DNA of 61,328 bases, taken from assembly GCA_041737595.1 (NCBI GenBank), contig JBGSRK010000013.1, positions 1 through 61,328 on the forward strand, in the 5' to 3' direction. A model generated the notes under the pieces. The model was not told where the DNA came from. It worked only from the letters and a program-made list of their open reading frames with translations, and made no database searches. A program made the position numbers and the translations under genes. Positions within the stretch are counted from its first letter, which is position 1; each line of letters opens with the position of its first letter. The DNA is from Patescibacteria group bacterium (lineage in GTDB: Bacteria; Patescibacteriota; CPR2; UBA1875). This document shows positions 18,410 through 28,719 of this stretch, piece by piece.

Positions 18410-18808
18410 ATGAAAAAAGAGATACATCCTAAATATGAAAATGTAACTGTCAAGTGTGCTTGCGGCAATGAAATCAAAACCAAATCAACTGTTGGTGGTG
18501 AAATCCATGTCGAGCTTTGTAGTGCTTGCCACCCTTTTTATACTGGGAAACAAAAGTTCATAGATTCAGCTGGACGAGTTGATAAATTCCGAGCAAAAAT
18601 TGAAGCTGCAAAAGAAAAATCTAAATCTAAAGGTAAGAAAAACGAAGTGAAGAATGAAGGACAAAAATCTAACGCTGAAAAACTTACTGAAATAAAAGCA
18701 ACAATTGTCCCAGAAACACCAAAAGAAAAACCAGAAATAGAAGTTGGTGAACCAACTAATTCATCTGAAGAACTTGCAGCTGCCGAAGAACTAAAAGAAA
18801 ATAACTAA
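18410..18808 (+). CDS. rpmE: 50S ribosomal protein L31 with a K/E-rich C-terminal extension of about 60 aa
   Basis: [15 protein letters not shown]......ST.......[19 protein letters not shown]. Confidence 0.9.
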   Translation: MKKEIHPKYENVTVKCACGNEIKTKSTVGGEIHVELCSACHPFYTGKQKFIDSAGRVDKFRAKIEAAKEKSKSKGKKNEVKNEGQKSNAEKLTEIKATIVPETPKEKPEIEVGEPTNSSEELAAAEELKENN

Positions 18809-18886
18809 ATACTTATAAAGTCACTTTTTTGTATATTAAGTGGCTTTTTTGATACAATGGTTTTATAAATATTACCGAGGACGACA

Positions 18887-19948
18887 ATGTTACAAAAATA
18901 TGATCATTATAAAGAAGAGTTAAATAAAATTGAGAAAGAACTTTCCACCCTCGATGTTTCTTCAAATACAAGTAAGCTTACTGAACTTTCAAAAAAACAT
19001 CGAATTGCATCTGACATTGTAAAAGAATTTGAACTTTTAAAAAAAATTCAAGAACAAATAGAAGAGACTGAAAGTATTATTAGGACTGAAGAAGGCGAAA
19101 TGGCAGCAATGATGGAAGATGAACTTGCAAGACTTCAAAAGCTTCGGGATGATCAAAAATCTCGAATAGAACTTTCCTTGGCTCCTAAGGATCCAAATGA
19201 TTCAAAAAACGCAATTATAGAGATAAGAGCTGGGGCCGGTGGTGAAGAATCGTCACTTTTCGCATCTGAACTTTATCGTATGTATCACAATTATGCTGAA
19301 AAAAACAAATGGGAAATGAATATTATGAATCTCGCAGAATCTGACAATGGTGGTTTTAAGGAAGTTATTGCTGAAATTAAAGGAAAAGATATTTATAGTA
19401 AACTCAAATATGAATCAGGTGTTCATAGAGTTCAAAGAATTCCACAAACAGAATCACAAGGACGAGTTCATACTTCAACTGTCACCGTTGCTGTTTTGCC
19501 CGAAGCAGAAGAAGTTGATATTGAAATTTTACCAAATGACCTAAGAGTTGATGTGTTCCACTCTGGTGGTGCAGGAGGACAATCAGTCAATACAACAGAT
19601 TCTGCCGTTAGATTAACACATATTCCAACTGGTGTTGTTGTGACTTGTCAAAATGAACGAAGCCAATTACAAAACAGAATAAAGGCACTTGCAGTTTTAA
19701 GAACTAGACTTTATGAAGCAAAATTAGAAGAAGAGACAAAAAAACGAGGTGATGCTAGAAAATCTCAAATTGGGACTGGTGATAGATCTGAAAAGATAAG
19801 AACATATAATTTTCCTCAAGATAGAGTTACAGATCACAGAATTGGATTTTCTGCATCAAACCTTCCTGGATTTATGGATGGTAATATCCAATCTATGATT
19901 GATGCTCTTTATCAGGCTGACAGAGAAAAAGCGCTAAAAAAGGTTTAA
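18887..19948 (+). CDS. prfA: Peptide chain release factor 1
   Basis: RIPQTESQGRVHTS (PxT-type tripeptide region) and SGGAGGQSVNTTDSAVRLTHIPTG (GGQ). Confidence 0.95.
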   Translation: MLQKYDHYKEELNKIEKELSTLDVSSNTSKLTELSKKHRIASDIVKEFELLKKIQEQIEETESIIRTEEGEMAAMMEDELARLQKLRDDQKSRIELSLAPKDPNDSKNAIIEIRAGAGGEESSLFASELYRMYHNYAEKNKWEMNIMNLAESDNGGFKEVIAEIKGKDIYSKLKYESGVHRVQRIPQTESQGRVHTSTVTVAVLPEAEEVDIEILPNDLRVDVFHSGGAGGQSVNTTDSAVRLTHIPTGVVVTCQNERSQLQNRIKALAVLRTRLYEAKLEEETKKRGDARKSQIGTGDRSEKIRTYNFPQDRVTDHRIGFSASNLPGFMDGNIQSMIDALYQADREKALKKV

Positions 19949-19954
19949 TCTAGT

Positions 19955-21454
19955 TTATTTTACAACCGGGAAAAATTCCTCATTAATTTTTTTCAAAACT
20001 ATTTCCATATCTTCGCTACTCTTTAAATCAATATGACGTGATGAAGAATATGGAAATATAAAACGATAGAGTGCTTCATTTTTAATAGTAGGGCTTATTA
20101 CACGTCGCCAAATATAATAAAGTGTTTTAATAGATTTATCATCTCCAATATTACCGAGAGTAGAAATAATCTCAAGCAACTTATTTTCATCTTCTTGAGA
20201 TAAATCTTCTAAATTTAATTTAGAAACCTCAAGATAAAGATCATTAGAAATTCTTTCTAATGCTGGAGATAATATACTGGGTAAAATCATTATCCCACCA
20301 TCTTCTGATATTTCTTCTACTATTAATCTCTTATCCCCAACCTTAATATCTGCGTTTGGGCCTAATTCTCCTTTAGTTTTTTCCTCATTCTGTTCTATCG
20401 GGATATTTGTTAAATATGGAGCTTGTTCAATAATATCTGGGCTAAAGCTTCTTTTAGCTGATAGGACATCTGCATTATACGGATCTTTACTAACTATCGC
20501 ATAATCTGTTTCAATCGGGAAACCTCTGTGTTCATGGCCAACAAGTGTAGTAAAACCATCCACAATATAGATAGTCCCTGGATGATTTTTTGTAAAGGTT
20601 TCGGAAAGTCTTATCATCCCAGGTAAATTTTTAGGACCCCAATCTTCTCCTTTTGGGTGAAAAAGAGACGCTCTTTGTTCCTTGGGCATAAGTCCCATCA
20701 CATTTTTTCGTGAACAACTAAAAGTCATCTGACCATGGGATTTTGGCTGAGAAAGAATTATAAGTTGTCCAAAACCTGATGTATCATACATTTGAAGTTC
20801 AGTTTCGTCTGGACCTTTCTCAGTTACTTGCGGTAATGTTCTAATATCTAACAAACTTATTTTTGTATCCTCTGTTTCAAGAGATGAAAAATCATAACCA
20901 AGTTCTTTCTTAAAAATATCAAGAAGTTCTGTTTCAGTTTTTTGTACCCCATCGCGACTCTCCATAAACATATTAGCCGGTAAATCACCCACCATTATTT
21001 CTGCAGGTTTATATTTTAAAAGTGATTTTATGACCTGAATAACTGCCTCTTTTGTAATACATGAATTTGGGAATTCTGGATCAACCGCATTGACTTTAAT
21101 TAAAACTTTTTGGCCTTCTATATTTGATAAAACTTCTGGGGTCTGTTGCAAAAATTCACCCAAAGATCCTTCTAAATTTTTTTCTCTCCCCTTTCCAGAT
21201 TCACAAAATATTGGGGCTTTTTCCATGTCTTTATAAACTTCAGAAAGAGTTAGTGGTATTTTTTCGGATGAAGAATCTGATGTTTCATCAATAACTTCAG
21301 GAGCTTCTGTTTCATCTGAAGCCTCTGCCGGTGGTTTATCTGGTGAATCTTCGCCAGATTTCATTTTATCTAAAAAAGCTTTAGTCCCCTTAGTTTCAAG
21401 GCCACCCTTTTTAAATTGTTCAAATAGTTCAGTAAGTATTTCATCTCTGTTCAT
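19955..21454 (-). CDS. DUF362-like protein with a long acidic N-terminal region
   Basis: KVLIKVNAV...ITKEAVIQVIKSLL...EIMVGD and IYIVDGFTTL.GHEHRG.P resemble DUF362 from memory. Function unknown. Confidence 0.5.
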   Translation of the reverse strand: MNRDEILTELFEQFKKGGLETKGTKAFLDKMKSGEDSPDKPPAEASDETEAPEVIDETSDSSSEKIPLTLSEVYKDMEKAPIFCESGKGREKNLEGSLGEFLQQTPEVLSNIEGQKVLIKVNAVDPEFPNSCITKEAVIQVIKSLLKYKPAEIMVGDLPANMFMESRDGVQKTETELLDIFKKELGYDFSSLETEDTKISLLDIRTLPQVTEKGPDETELQMYDTSGFGQLIILSQPKSHGQMTFSCSRKNVMGLMPKEQRASLFHPKGEDWGPKNLPGMIRLSETFTKNHPGTIYIVDGFTTLVGHEHRGFPIETDYAIVSKDPYNADVLSAKRSFSPDIIEQAPYLTNIPIEQNEEKTKGELGPNADIKVGDKRLIVEEISEDGGIMILPSILSPALERISNDLYLEVSKLNLEDLSQEDENKLLEIISTLGNIGDDKSIKTLYYIWRRVISPTIKNEALYRFIFPYSSSRHIDLKSSEDMEIVLKKINEEFFPVVK

Positions 21455-21473
21455 AATATTATTTTATCATTAT

Positions 21474-21845
21474 TTATTTAGACTGCCAAAGTCCATGTAT
21501 ATTACAATATGCAAGTGCTGTAACTTTTTCTGATTTTATATGAAATTCTACTTCTGGTTTATTATCTGGTTTTAAATATATTCTTTCAAACTTATCATCG
21601 AATCTTAATTCAATCCACATAATATAATGCGAATCTTCCATCGGGTGAGGCTCTGAACCAACTTTTACCAAATAACCATCTTTTGTTTTTTCAATAACTG
21701 GGACGTGTTTTTCTAAAGATGCATCAACAGTATTTGGTTCTAACTTTTCCATTGGTTGGCCACAACAAACTATAGGGCCTTGGCCATCTTCTAAAACTTC
21801 AATAATTCTTCCACAGATATTACATCGATATATTTCATTTTTCAT
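21474..21845 (-). CDS. dfx: Desulfoferrodoxin-type superoxide reductase (2Fe-SOR)
   Basis: YRCNICGRIIEVLEDG.GPIVCCGQPM..L.PNT.DAS.EKHVPV... and a C-terminal CNIHGLW. Confidence 0.85.
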   Translation of the reverse strand: MKNEIYRCNICGRIIEVLEDGQGPIVCCGQPMEKLEPNTVDASLEKHVPVIEKTKDGYLVKVGSEPHPMEDSHYIMWIELRFDDKFERIYLKPDNKPEVEFHIKSEKVTALAYCNIHGLWQSK

Positions 21846-21909
21846 AATGTCTCCTTTGCTTTATACCTTACATTATATATAATATATAACATATTAAAAA
21901 GGAGCATTT

Positions 21910-23735
21910 ATGTGTGGAATAGTTGGATACATCGGTGATAAAAATGTAAAAAATGTACTTTTAGAGGGATTAAAGAGACTTGAATATAGAGGATATGATT
22001 CTTCTGGGATTGCATCAATAACAAATGGGAAATTAGAAATCGAAAAATCTATTGGTAGAATTGTAAATCTTGAAAAAAAATAACCAATACAAATAAAGCA
22101 ACTTCAGGTATTTGTCATACTAGATGGGCAACTCATGGTGAACCTACAGAAAATAATGCACATCCACACATTAGCTGTGATAAAAAAATTGCCGTTGTTC
22201 ATAATGGGATTATTGAAAACTATCAAGAGTTAAAAACTGAGTTATTAAAAAAAGGTCATAAATTTATTTCAGATACTGACACAGAAGTCCTAACACATCT
22301 GATTGAAGAGTTCTATAAAGATGATATTTTACAGGCGATTCTAGATGCTCTTTCAAAGGTCAGGGGTACTTACGGGATTGCAGTTATTACCTCGAGAGAG
22401 CCTGAAAGAATAATTGCTGCAAGAATGGGTAGCCCACTTATCCTTGGAGTTTCAGATAAAGGCAACTTTATCGCTTCAGATGTATCAGCTTTTCTGGGTT
22501 ATACCAACCAAGTTGTATATTTAAATGATGGTGAGGTCGCAGATGTAAGAAAAGATGGATTTGAACTTTTAGATCTCCATAAAAATAAACTTACATCAAA
22601 TATTGATGAAGTTGAATGGTCTCTCGAAGAGTCTAAAAAAGGCGGTTATGAGCATTTTATGCTTAAGGAGATTATGGAGCAGCCAGAAGTGATCATAAAT
22701 TCAACCAGAGGTAGAATAAATATAGAAGAAGGACTAGTAATTTTAGGTGGACTCCGAGATGTTTCCGACAGATTAAAAACAATAGAAAGAATTATTATAG
22801 TCGCATGTGGGACTGCTAGATATGCAGCTATGATTGGTGAATATATGCTAGAAGAATATGCCGGAATTCCAGTTGAAGTTGAATACGCATCTGAATTCAG
22901 ATATAGAAATCCAATTATTAATAAAAATACCGCGGTAATTGCTGTGAGCCAATCAGGTGAAACAGTGGATACTTTGGCTGCGATTCGTGAAGCAAAACTT
23001 AAGGGGGCATTAACTCTCGGTATTGTTAACGTTGTTGGCTCAACAATTGCAAGAGAAACTGATGCTGGTGTATATAATCATGCCGGGCCAGAAATTGCAG
23101 TTGCCTCTACAAAGGCTTTCACATCACAAATTACAATACTTGCACTTCTAACAGTTCTTTTAGGAAGACAAAGAAAAATGTCCGCGTCTCAAAGTAGGGA
23201 GATATTAAATGAAATCTCGAATTTACCCGAAAAACTTAAAAAAATATTAAAAAAGTCAGATGATATAAAAAAATTAGCCAATGAATATAAAAATTATAAA
23301 CACTTTATGTATCTTGGACGCAAATATTGTTTTCCACTTGCAGAAGAAGGCGCTCTCAAACTTAAAGAAATATCATATATTCACGCAGAAGGTTATCCAT
23401 CTGGTGAAATGAAACATGGACCAATTGCGTTGATTGATAGCGAATTCCCAACTTTTGCAATAATCCCAAAGGATAGTGTTTATGAAAAAGGAGTTTCAAA
23501 CGTTGAAGAAATTAGAGCCAGAAAAGGTAAAATTATTGCACTTACTACCGAAGGACAAAAAAAGAACATCGAAAATATAGTTGATAATGTAATAGAAATT
23601 CCAGAGACAATTGAAATACTTACTCCCTTGCTTGCTATCGCCCCAATTCAACTTTTTGCTTATTATGTTTCAGTTCTAAAAGGGATAGATGTAGATAAGC
23701 CAAGAAATCTTGCCAAAAGTGTTACGGTTGAATAA
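21910..23735 (+). pseudogene. glmS: Glutamine-fructose-6-phosphate aminotransferase, interrupted by a frameshift in an A8 run (pseudogene, slippage site or sequencing error)
   Basis: MCGIVGYIG... runs 57 codons to TAA at 22081. The GlmS sequence (..ICHTRWATHGEPTENNAHPH..VVHNGIIENY...) continues in another frame into track ORF 22425-23735. One extra A in A8 (22073-22080) would restore ..[20 protein letters not shown]. Confidence 0.8.
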
Positions 23736-23736
23736 A

Positions 23737-24873
23737 TTATTTACTCTCTGTCAGAACAGCGGTAGTTTTTGATTCTTTACCGTCTCTAATATAAGTTATA
23801 TTAATCTTATTTCCTGGTTCATATTTAGAAAGAAGACTTATTAGTGATTTCCCTTGACCAAGTACATCATCATTAATTTTAATTAAAATATCTCCTTCCT
23901 TTAAACCAGCTTTTGATGCAGGAGAGTTTGGGATCACTGCAAGATCAGACCCCGAAGAATATATTAGTGCACCATTTTCGGTTGACAAGTTATTCCTTGT
24001 AGCAAATTCTTTAGTAATATTTATATACCTGACACCGAGCATTGGCCTTATTACTCTTCCCTTTTCAATTACCGATTTAAGCGCTGTTCGAGCTAAATTT
24101 ATTGGGATTGCAAAACCTATACCCTGAGCCTCTGCATCCACGGCAGTGTTTATACCTATAACTTGCCCCGCAATATTAACAAGTGGACCACCTGAATTCC
24201 CTGGATTTATTGCAGCATCAGTTTGGATCATATTTTCAAGAGTTTCTGAAGAATAACCACTTGAATCACCTGCCTCAATAGCACGACCGACTGCAGATAT
24301 AACCCCCACAGTTACGGTATTTTGATATTGGCCTAGGGCATTACCAATTGCGATTGCCTTTTGACCAACCTGAATACTATTAGAATCACCTAACTCTACT
24401 GGGGTAAGATTATCCGCCTCTATTTGTAGGAACGCTATATCAAAACTGGAGTCTATAGCTTTAACTTTTGCCTTATATTCTTTCCCATCTGAAGTAAAAA
24501 CTGAATAATCAGCAATTGCACTAGAAACAACGTGTTTATTTGTAATTATAAGACCATCTTTGGTTACAATAAAACCAGTCCCTGCACTTTGTGATTTACT
24601 CACTTGACCAAAAAAATTTAATGTAGACTGTTCAGATGTAATTGAAACAACTGAAGGACTGACTTTTTTAACAACATCTATGGTTGCTGATTGTTCTTCT
24701 ACGTTCGTAACTTTATTTTCTAAATTTTCAACCTTATCGCCTACTTTTTCTTTTAATTTGTAAATCCCAAAACCAAAAACTAAACCAAAACATAAAGATG
24801 TAATAGTAATTAACCCAATAAATATTAAGGTTTTATTCTTAATAATATTTTTTAATACAATTTTTTCAGCCAT
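23737..24873 (-). CDS. htrA: HtrA/DegP-family serine protease with PDZ domain
   Basis: N-terminal TM segment, GTGFIV...ITNKHV, DIAFL and GNSGGPLVN (catalytic triad context), with a C-terminal PDZ. Confidence 0.85.
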   Translation of the reverse strand: MAEKIVLKNIIKNKTLIFIGLITITSLCFGLVFGFGIYKLKEKVGDKVENLENKVTNVEEQSATIDVVKKVSPSVVSITSEQSTLNFFGQVSKSQSAGTGFIVTKDGLIITNKHVVSSAIADYSVFTSDGKEYKAKVKAIDSSFDIAFLQIEADNLTPVELGDSNSIQVGQKAIAIGNALGQYQNTVTVGVISAVGRAIEAGDSSGYSSETLENMIQTDAAINPGNSGGPLVNIAGQVIGINTAVDAEAQGIGFAIPINLARTALKSVIEKGRVIRPMLGVRYINITKEFATRNNLSTENGALIYSSGSDLAVIPNSPASKAGLKEGDILIKINDDVLGQGKSLISLLSKYEPGNKINITYIRDGKESKTTAVLTESK

Positions 24874-24922
24874 TTCCCCTCCTTTTATATTAATTATATT
24901 AGTTTAATAAACTTAATTTTAG

Positions 24923-25723
24923 TTAAGCCGGCATCCATTGAGCTGTTACAAAAATTATAAGTACAAATATAGTAGATATCAATAAATACTCTACTAATAT
25001 TTTTTTTGTAAGTGATTCTTCTAAGCGATGATGAGATAACCCCCAAAAAATGTAAAAATAAACAGCAGCAAAAATTGCCGGAAGTGGGACCCCTGTTTGT
25101 GTAATTCTTTCAGATTCAGGGTAAGAAATTAACCAATATGATGACAACCAAACAATTTGTGAAATAGCAAACGATACCACTAGTGAATAAATTAATGAAT
25201 CAGGAAAACCATGAAGTTCAAATAAAAATTCACTCATTACAAATATAGAGGCAAAAACAAATATGATTGATAAAATTTCAACCGACCTGAGATTATATAT
25301 AGAAACCCATCTGGTCAAATCAGATATTACAAAAAAGACACCTAAAATTGCAGATAAAGAAACAATATTTCTTATATATAAAGCGGGTTTGATATTTCTT
25401 TTCATTCTTGAGGCTGCTACATATGTAAAATATAAACTTATGCCGGTGGCTCCAAGTATTAAAGCCTGAACGATTGGATGTGGGATTAGATATGCAAATA
25501 CTCCGGATGAAAAAACTAAAAGAAAAATATATATAATAGTGAACCAATCTTCTTTTAATCTTTTCAAATTTATTTTTTCTGTAAAAACCCAAAAAATAAA
25601 AAAAGATGATAATAAGGAAACACCACCAATGATATACCAGAATAAAGAAGGGAATCTGAGCGGTATCAAAAGCCCAATAAATATCCCCACTGCTGCTATT
25701 AACGATCTTGCTTTATATTCCAT
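24923..25723 (-). CDS. Polytopic membrane protein, unknown function
   Basis: 266 aa, about 8 hydrophobic helices, no recognised motif. Confidence 0.5.
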   Translation of the reverse strand: MEYKARSLIAAVGIFIGLLIPLRFPSLFWYIIGGVSLLSSFFIFWVFTEKINLKRLKEDWFTIIYIFLLVFSSGVFAYLIPHPIVQALILGATGISLYFTYVAASRMKRNIKPALYIRNIVSLSAILGVFFVISDLTRWVSIYNLRSVEILSIIFVFASIFVMSEFLFELHGFPDSLIYSLVVSFAISQIVWLSSYWLISYPESERITQTGVPLPAIFAAVYFYIFWGLSHHRLEESLTKKILVEYLLISTIFVLIIFVTAQWMPA

Positions 25724-25751
25724 AATTAAATTATATTAAATTTATTTATTA

Positions 25752-27158
25752 TTAATATAAAAAGTCTTTACCAATTATTACTTTTATCTCATATGAATCA
25801 TTTTCTGATTCTTCTTTAATCGCTTTTACGCCAAATTTATTTTCGAGAGCTTTTATTGTATCTGGTTTTTTACCTGAAGAGTAATCTATAATTTGAGTTT
25901 TTGTATAGTTTCTGGTTGGCATATCACCAGTAAGAGTTATATCATAACCTGATTCTTTCATCTCTTTACCTGTTGAAGTTGCAAGACCTGTTGTCCATGT
26001 ACCGTTGTATATTGCAATTTTTGCCTTCTCGGCCTTTGCTGCAGCTTCAGCAAAAATATTTTTAATTACAGCTTGTATTTCTTTAAAATTACCTGTTCTT
26101 GGTTTTAAAATATATCCTGCGGTTGTTGAACTATCTGAAACTAATAGCCCTCCAGTAGAATTATCAAAATTTCTTGAAATAATTTTTGAAGTATCTATAT
26201 CCGTCGCAAGTTCAATAAGTCTTGGGATTTCAGATAATGAAAAATCGGTTTTAACATGTTTACCAAGTGCAGACATAATGTCTATAATTTTTTTAGGATT
26301 AAGAGCGGTCCCCGCTGATAATGATTTTTCTTTAATCGCGACAAGGACTTTTTGTTGTCTTTTTGAGCGAGCAAAATCAGAACCTTCTGGACCATAAGCA
26401 TGTCTTGAACGTGAATATTGGAGAGCTTTTATCCCATTCATCAATTGAGGGCCCTTTTTAAAGCAGACTGTTCTTGTATCTCCCTTTCTTTCGGTTGGAT
26501 AATTATAATCACAAAAATCTCTTTCCACATCAACAGTTACCCCACCGAGTGCGTCAACTAAATCAGAAAGTCCAGAAAAATCAACACGAGCATAATAATG
26601 TATTGTTATATCAAAAGTATTTTCAATTGTTTGTTCTGCAACAGATGGACCCGTTCCCTCTGCCTTTTGTTCACCATAAGCATGTGCGGCATTAATTTTT
26701 GTGTATCCGTTAGATGGGATTTTTACATATAAGTCTCGCGGGATAGAAAACATGGCCACTGATTTAGTTTTAGTGTCATAAGAAGCAATGATCATTGTAT
26801 CTGAAAGTGTTGAGCCTGAATGACCTTCATCCCCAATCCCTAATAAAAGTACATTTACCCTACCATCTTTTTCCCCTTTGAGTGGTTGGGTCGTATTCCC
26901 AGAAAGAAGATTTAATATACCCGTACCATCACCATTAAATATATTTTTTGCAGAATCATATATTTTAAATCCAAAAAATCCAAGAAGTATAAGTATTACA
27001 ACAGATAATAAAATAATAGTGTACTTTTTAGACCACTTTTTTTTATTTGATTTCTTTTCTCCCCTTTTTAATTTTTCAGCTCGGGAAAATTTTACAGGTG
27101 TTTTTTCACCCTTATCCTCTTCGGATTTACTATTTTTTATCTTTTTAAATAAAATCAT
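25752..27158 (-). CDS. LytR-CpsA-Psr (LCP) family cell-envelope phosphotransferase with a LytR_C-like tail
   Basis: N-terminal TM anchor. ...VNVLLLG.D.......SDTMI.AS........FSIPRDL.V...G..KIN.A...G. Confidence 0.8.
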   Translation of the reverse strand: MILFKKIKNSKSEEDKGEKTPVKFSRAEKLKRGEKKSNKKKWSKKYTIILLSVVILILLGFFGFKIYDSAKNIFNGDGTGILNLLSGNTTQPLKGEKDGRVNVLLLGIGDEGHSGSTLSDTMIIASYDTKTKSVAMFSIPRDLYVKIPSNGYTKINAAHAYGEQKAEGTGPSVAEQTIENTFDITIHYYARVDFSGLSDLVDALGGVTVDVERDFCDYNYPTERKGDTRTVCFKKGPQLMNGIKALQYSRSRHAYGPEGSDFARSKRQQKVLVAIKEKSLSAGTALNPKKIIDIMSALGKHVKTDFSLSEIPRLIELATDIDTSKIISRNFDNSTGGLLVSDSSTTAGYILKPRTGNFKEIQAVIKNIFAEAAAKAEKAKIAIYNGTWTTGLATSTGKEMKESGYDITLTGDMPTRNYTKTQIIDYSSGKKPDTIKALENKFGVKAIKEESENDSYEIKVIIGKDFLY

Positions 27159-27190
27159 AATGACCTAGAAAGTATATCTTAATTTTATAC

Positions 27191-27219
27191 TTGATTCAAA
27201 CGTTTTTTTTTGTGATAAT
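27191..27219 (+). promoter_or_regulatory. lepB promoter, apparently leaderless mRNA
   Basis: TTGATT (27191-27196), 17-nt spacer, TGTGATAAT extended -10 (27211-27219). The ATG at 27227 is 7 nt after the -10, with no SD. Confidence 0.55.
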
Positions 27220-27226
27220 TAATTCA

Positions 27227-27886
27227 ATGGCAAAACAAGTAAAAATACAAACAAGTGCAGATTTTGATCAAGATGAAGAAATGGGAAATTTCGGCTGGGA
27301 AGTCGCTAAAACAATTGGCGGTATTCTTTTATTCTTAATAATTTTTAGATTTTATATTTTTCAACCATTCTCAATTAATGGCTCTTCTATGGAACCAAAT
27401 TTCCATGATGGAGAATATTTAATAGTAAATGAGTTTACTTATCATTTTTCTAGTCCTAAAAGAGGAGACGTTGTTATATTTAAACACCCAGAACCTGCTT
27501 GTACTGATTTTGTAGAGTCAAATTATTTAAATAAGGTGTTTTTTCAAGGGCCATGTGTAAACTACATTAAACGAGTTATTGGTGTTCCAGGAGACACAAT
27601 ATCAGTAAAGGATGGTAAAGTCTCGATTGTTAATGATGAAAATCCTGATGGGATTATCTTGGAAGAGGATTATATTTTAGATAATATACCTACCTTAGGT
27701 AATCAAACCGTAACTGTTGGTGAAAAAGAATATTTTGTAATTGGCGATAATAGAAACCCAAATGCTTCTTCTGATTCTCGCGAATGGGGAATTTTACCAA
27801 AATCACATATAGTTGGTAAAGGATTAATTATACTTTTACCAGCTGATAAATTTGGTACAGTCGACTCACCAGAATATAATTTCTAA
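27227..27886 (+). CDS. lepB: Signal peptidase I
   Basis: GSSMEPNF (catalytic Ser box), RGDVVIF, YIKRVIGVPGD, GDNRNPNASSDSREWG. Start moved to ATG 27227. Confidence 0.9.
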   Translation: MAKQVKIQTSADFDQDEEMGNFGWEVAKTIGGILLFLIIFRFYIFQPFSINGSSMEPNFHDGEYLIVNEFTYHFSSPKRGDVVIFKHPEPACTDFVESNYLNKVFFQGPCVNYIKRVIGVPGDTISVKDGKVSIVNDENPDGIILEEDYILDNIPTLGNQTVTVGEKEYFVIGDNRNPNASSDSREWGILPKSHIVGKGLIILLPADKFGTVDSPEYNF

Positions 27887-28719
27887 TCTATCCCTTTAAT
27901 TTTTTGATAAATTCTTGCGAGTTCTTCCTGAGAGTAATATTCAATTTCAACTTTACCGCCTTTTGCGGTATTTTTTATTAAAACTTTAGCACCTAAATAA
28001 TTTTTTAAATCATCGGCAAGCTGTCTAGTCACTAGTTCATTTTCATTCGGAAGTGATTTTTCTTTTTTATGGTGTATGCTAGCGCTTTTTTCAACATCTC
28101 GAACATTGTATTCACCAGTAAGTATTTTTTGAAAAACTAATTCTCTTTCTTTAAGATTTTCTATAGAAAGTAATGCTTTGCCGTGACCTTCTGAAATTTT
28201 GCCATCTTTTAAGGCTTTCTTCATATCAATTGGAAGAGATAATAATCTAATTTTGTTAGAAATAGTTGTTCTTGATTTTCCTATCATTTCTGAAATCTTA
28301 TCTTGAGTATAATTAAATTCTTCCATTAATTTACGATAAGAAATAGCCTCATCAATTGGGTTAAGATCCGAACGATGAACATTCTCTATTATCGCTATTT
28401 CTAATTTTTCATGCTCTTCTGCATCTCTTACAATGACTGGCACCTTTTTGAGACCTGCAATTTTAGAGGCTCTTAATCTTCTTTCTCCTGCTATTAATTC
28501 ATAATGATCACCCTTAGGGGTTACCACTAAAGGCTGAAGAATCCCGTGTTTTTTTATTGATGATGCGAGCTCAGCTAATTCTTCTTCGCCAAAAACTGAC
28601 CTTGGTTGGTGTGGGTTTACATCAATTAGTGCTGACGGTATTTCGTTTGAATTAATATTATTATCACCGTTTTCACCCATTGGTATTAGAGCATCTAATC
28701 CTTTTCCTAATCCTGACAT
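27883..28719 (-). CDS. parB: Chromosome partitioning protein ParB/Spo0J
   Basis: NPHQPR, GILQPLVV, YELIAGERRLRASK, and a helix-turn-helix region. Confidence 0.9.
   Translation of the reverse strand: MSGLGKGLDALIPMGENGDNNINSNEIPSALIDVNPHQPRSVFGEEELAELASSIKKHGILQPLVVTPKGDHYELIAGERRLRASKIAGLKKVPVIVRDAEEHEKLEIAIIENVHRSDLNPIDEAISYRKLMEEFNYTQDKISEMIGKSRTTISNKIRLLSLPIDMKKALKDGKISEGHGKALLSIENLKERELVFQKILTGEYNVRDVEKSASIHHKKEKSLPNENELVTRQLADDLKNYLGAKVLIKNTAKGGKVEIEYYSQEELARIYQKIKGID

Noticed and set aside
21846-21909. glmS ribozyme upstream of glmS
   Set aside because: Only 64 nt of AT-rich spacer lie between dfx and glmS. That is too short and too unstructured for the ribozyme.
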